Shown: positions 24,277 to 25,135 of the stretch, piece by piece
Layout: each line of letters starts with the position of its first letter
How positions within the stretch are numbered: position 1 is the first letter of the stretch
Source of the DNA: a virus
Taxonomy: Duplodnaviria; Caudoviricetes
Length of the DNA stretch: 25,135 nucleotides
Reading direction: 5' to 3' (one strand)
IMG/VR virus record: IMGVR_UViG_3300036773_000257
Location: 1-25,135 of that record
The notes under the pieces: generated by a model
What the model saw: the letters and a program-made list of their open reading frames with translations, nothing else
Database searches by the model: none
What the model was told of the DNA's origin: nothing
Position numbers and translations under genes: made by a program

Positions 24277-24783
24277 TCAGCGGTTGTTGTGGTCGAAGTT
24301 CTCTTCGATGGCGGCGGCTAGCATTCCTGTGGTCCATCCCTCAGAACGAAGGACACGGGCCAAGCGTTCGCCGCTCAATGCTCCCTTCGATACGAGGAAG
24401 AACAGGCGCTTGTATCCACCCTTGCGGAACTGTCCAAGCACATCGCGTAGAGGGTTTGTGGTTACAGGTGTGAGGATGATGAAGCGCTGAACAATGTCGT
24501 AGTCGGTGATCACCGGGTTAATGATGTCTCCGAACTGAGGGTGTTCTCCTGGTAGTCGGTGATCCAAGCCAATGAAGTTCAAGCGCCAACGTAGAGCCCA
24601 TTCAACATCGGATAGGTACTCGTCGTGCTCGCGCTCCGTGTCGACAACATCGTGCTGCTTGCAATTCTCATGAACGCACAGCATGGTCTCGCTAACAACG
24701 CGAAGCAAACGCTTGCGCTTGTCATCATCGTTAAGTGAGAGGTGGCCGATGTAATCGTCAAGTGCAGTCTGATTGATGTTCAT
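24277..24783 (-). CDS. Hypothetical protein upstream of the helicase
   Basis: 168-aa ORF with SD AGGAG; no recognisable motif. Confidence 0.65.
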   Translation of the reverse strand: MNINQTALDDYIGHLSLNDDDKRKRLLRVVSETMLCVHENCKQHDVVDTEREHDEYLSDVEWALRWRLNFIGLDHRLPGEHPQFGDIINPVITDYDIVQRFIILTPVTTNPLRDVLGQFRKGGYKRLFFLVSKGALSGERLARVLRSEGWTTGMLAAAIEENFDHNNR

Positions 24784-24871
24784 TGTGATGCTTCTCCTGA
24801 ATTCCTTGAAGGAGTACTTTCCCCTTCATGTATATACTACATTGGGTGCAATTCGTGATTTGTGTCTGTTG

Positions 24872-25135
24872 TTACTTCAGGTTCTCAAGTGGGATGCAGA
24901 GCAAATAGCCATATTCATATGTGTAAGTAACAGGCTTATCTGTCACTTCCTCGCAGCGCTCCTGCGGACCCTTAGGCATTGGCTTCGGGACAAAGGGCTG
25001 ATTGACGGTGACAATCTCATCTGTCATTGGAAGTCGATCCCAGACACTTGATCCTGTTACGGCTAGAAGGGTTAGAGAGACGAAGATGAATGTAGCTGCA
25101 ACAACACGCGCCCCGATGTTAATAGGCTTTACCAT
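24872..25135 (-). CDS. Small membrane-anchored or secreted hypothetical protein
   Basis: Hydrophobic N-terminal stretch VVAATFIFVSLTLLAV; start lies at the window edge and may be incomplete. Confidence 0.5.
   Translation of the reverse strand: MVKPINIGARVVAATFIFVSLTLLAVTGSSVWDRLPMTDEIVTVNQPFVPKPMPKGPQERCEEVTDKPVTYTYEYGYLLCIPLENLK

Larger units (their letters stand above)
1..25135. mobile_element. Temperate siphovirus-like prophage/phage (actinobacterial type); boundaries and att sites not visible
   Basis: Serine integrase plus an ordered terminase-portal-scaffold-capsid-tail-tape measure-lysis gene set; TerS, TerL, DUF5403-like and DUF1906-like proteins resemble those of actinophages. Confidence 0.93.

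Noticed and set aside
24784-24871. Sigma70-type promoter in the AT-rich gap (TTGCAC ... TAGTAT on the minus strand)
   Set aside because: Spacing between the candidate -35 and -10 is too short; a promoter is plausible but cannot be placed

Overview
The window is a compact temperate siphovirus-type (pro)phage of actinobacterial type. A large serine recombinase (+ strand, 46-1380) faces one long minus-strand gene array. From right to left the array holds: small early genes, a D5/P4-family SF3 helicase, a C-terminal-HTH regulator, an HNH nuclease, two tRNA genes (Glu-TTC and an atypical Pro-TGG) in a hairpin-dense non-coding block, VRR-NUC, a second HNH, TerS/TerL, portal, MuF-like protein, scaffold, major capsid, head-tail joining genes, major tail, tail chaperones, tape measure, Dit, a large tail protein, tail fibre, a third HNH, a DUF1906-type endolysin and a holin-like protein. 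The most unusual feature is a 108-bp ungapped imperfect palindrome present twice in inverted (flip/flop) orientation at 1620-1727 and 22353-22460 (105/110 identical including 2 flanking bases). The two copies bracket the whole ~20.6-kb regulator/virion/lysis module and leave the recombinase and helicase outside. Other points: a +1/-2 rather than -1 tail-chaperone frame relationship, a 14-bp direct repeat flanking an HNH gene, hairpins covering several ribosome-binding sites, and a Cys-rich micro-ORF between TerS and TerL. All product calls come from motifs and gene order, not database searches.
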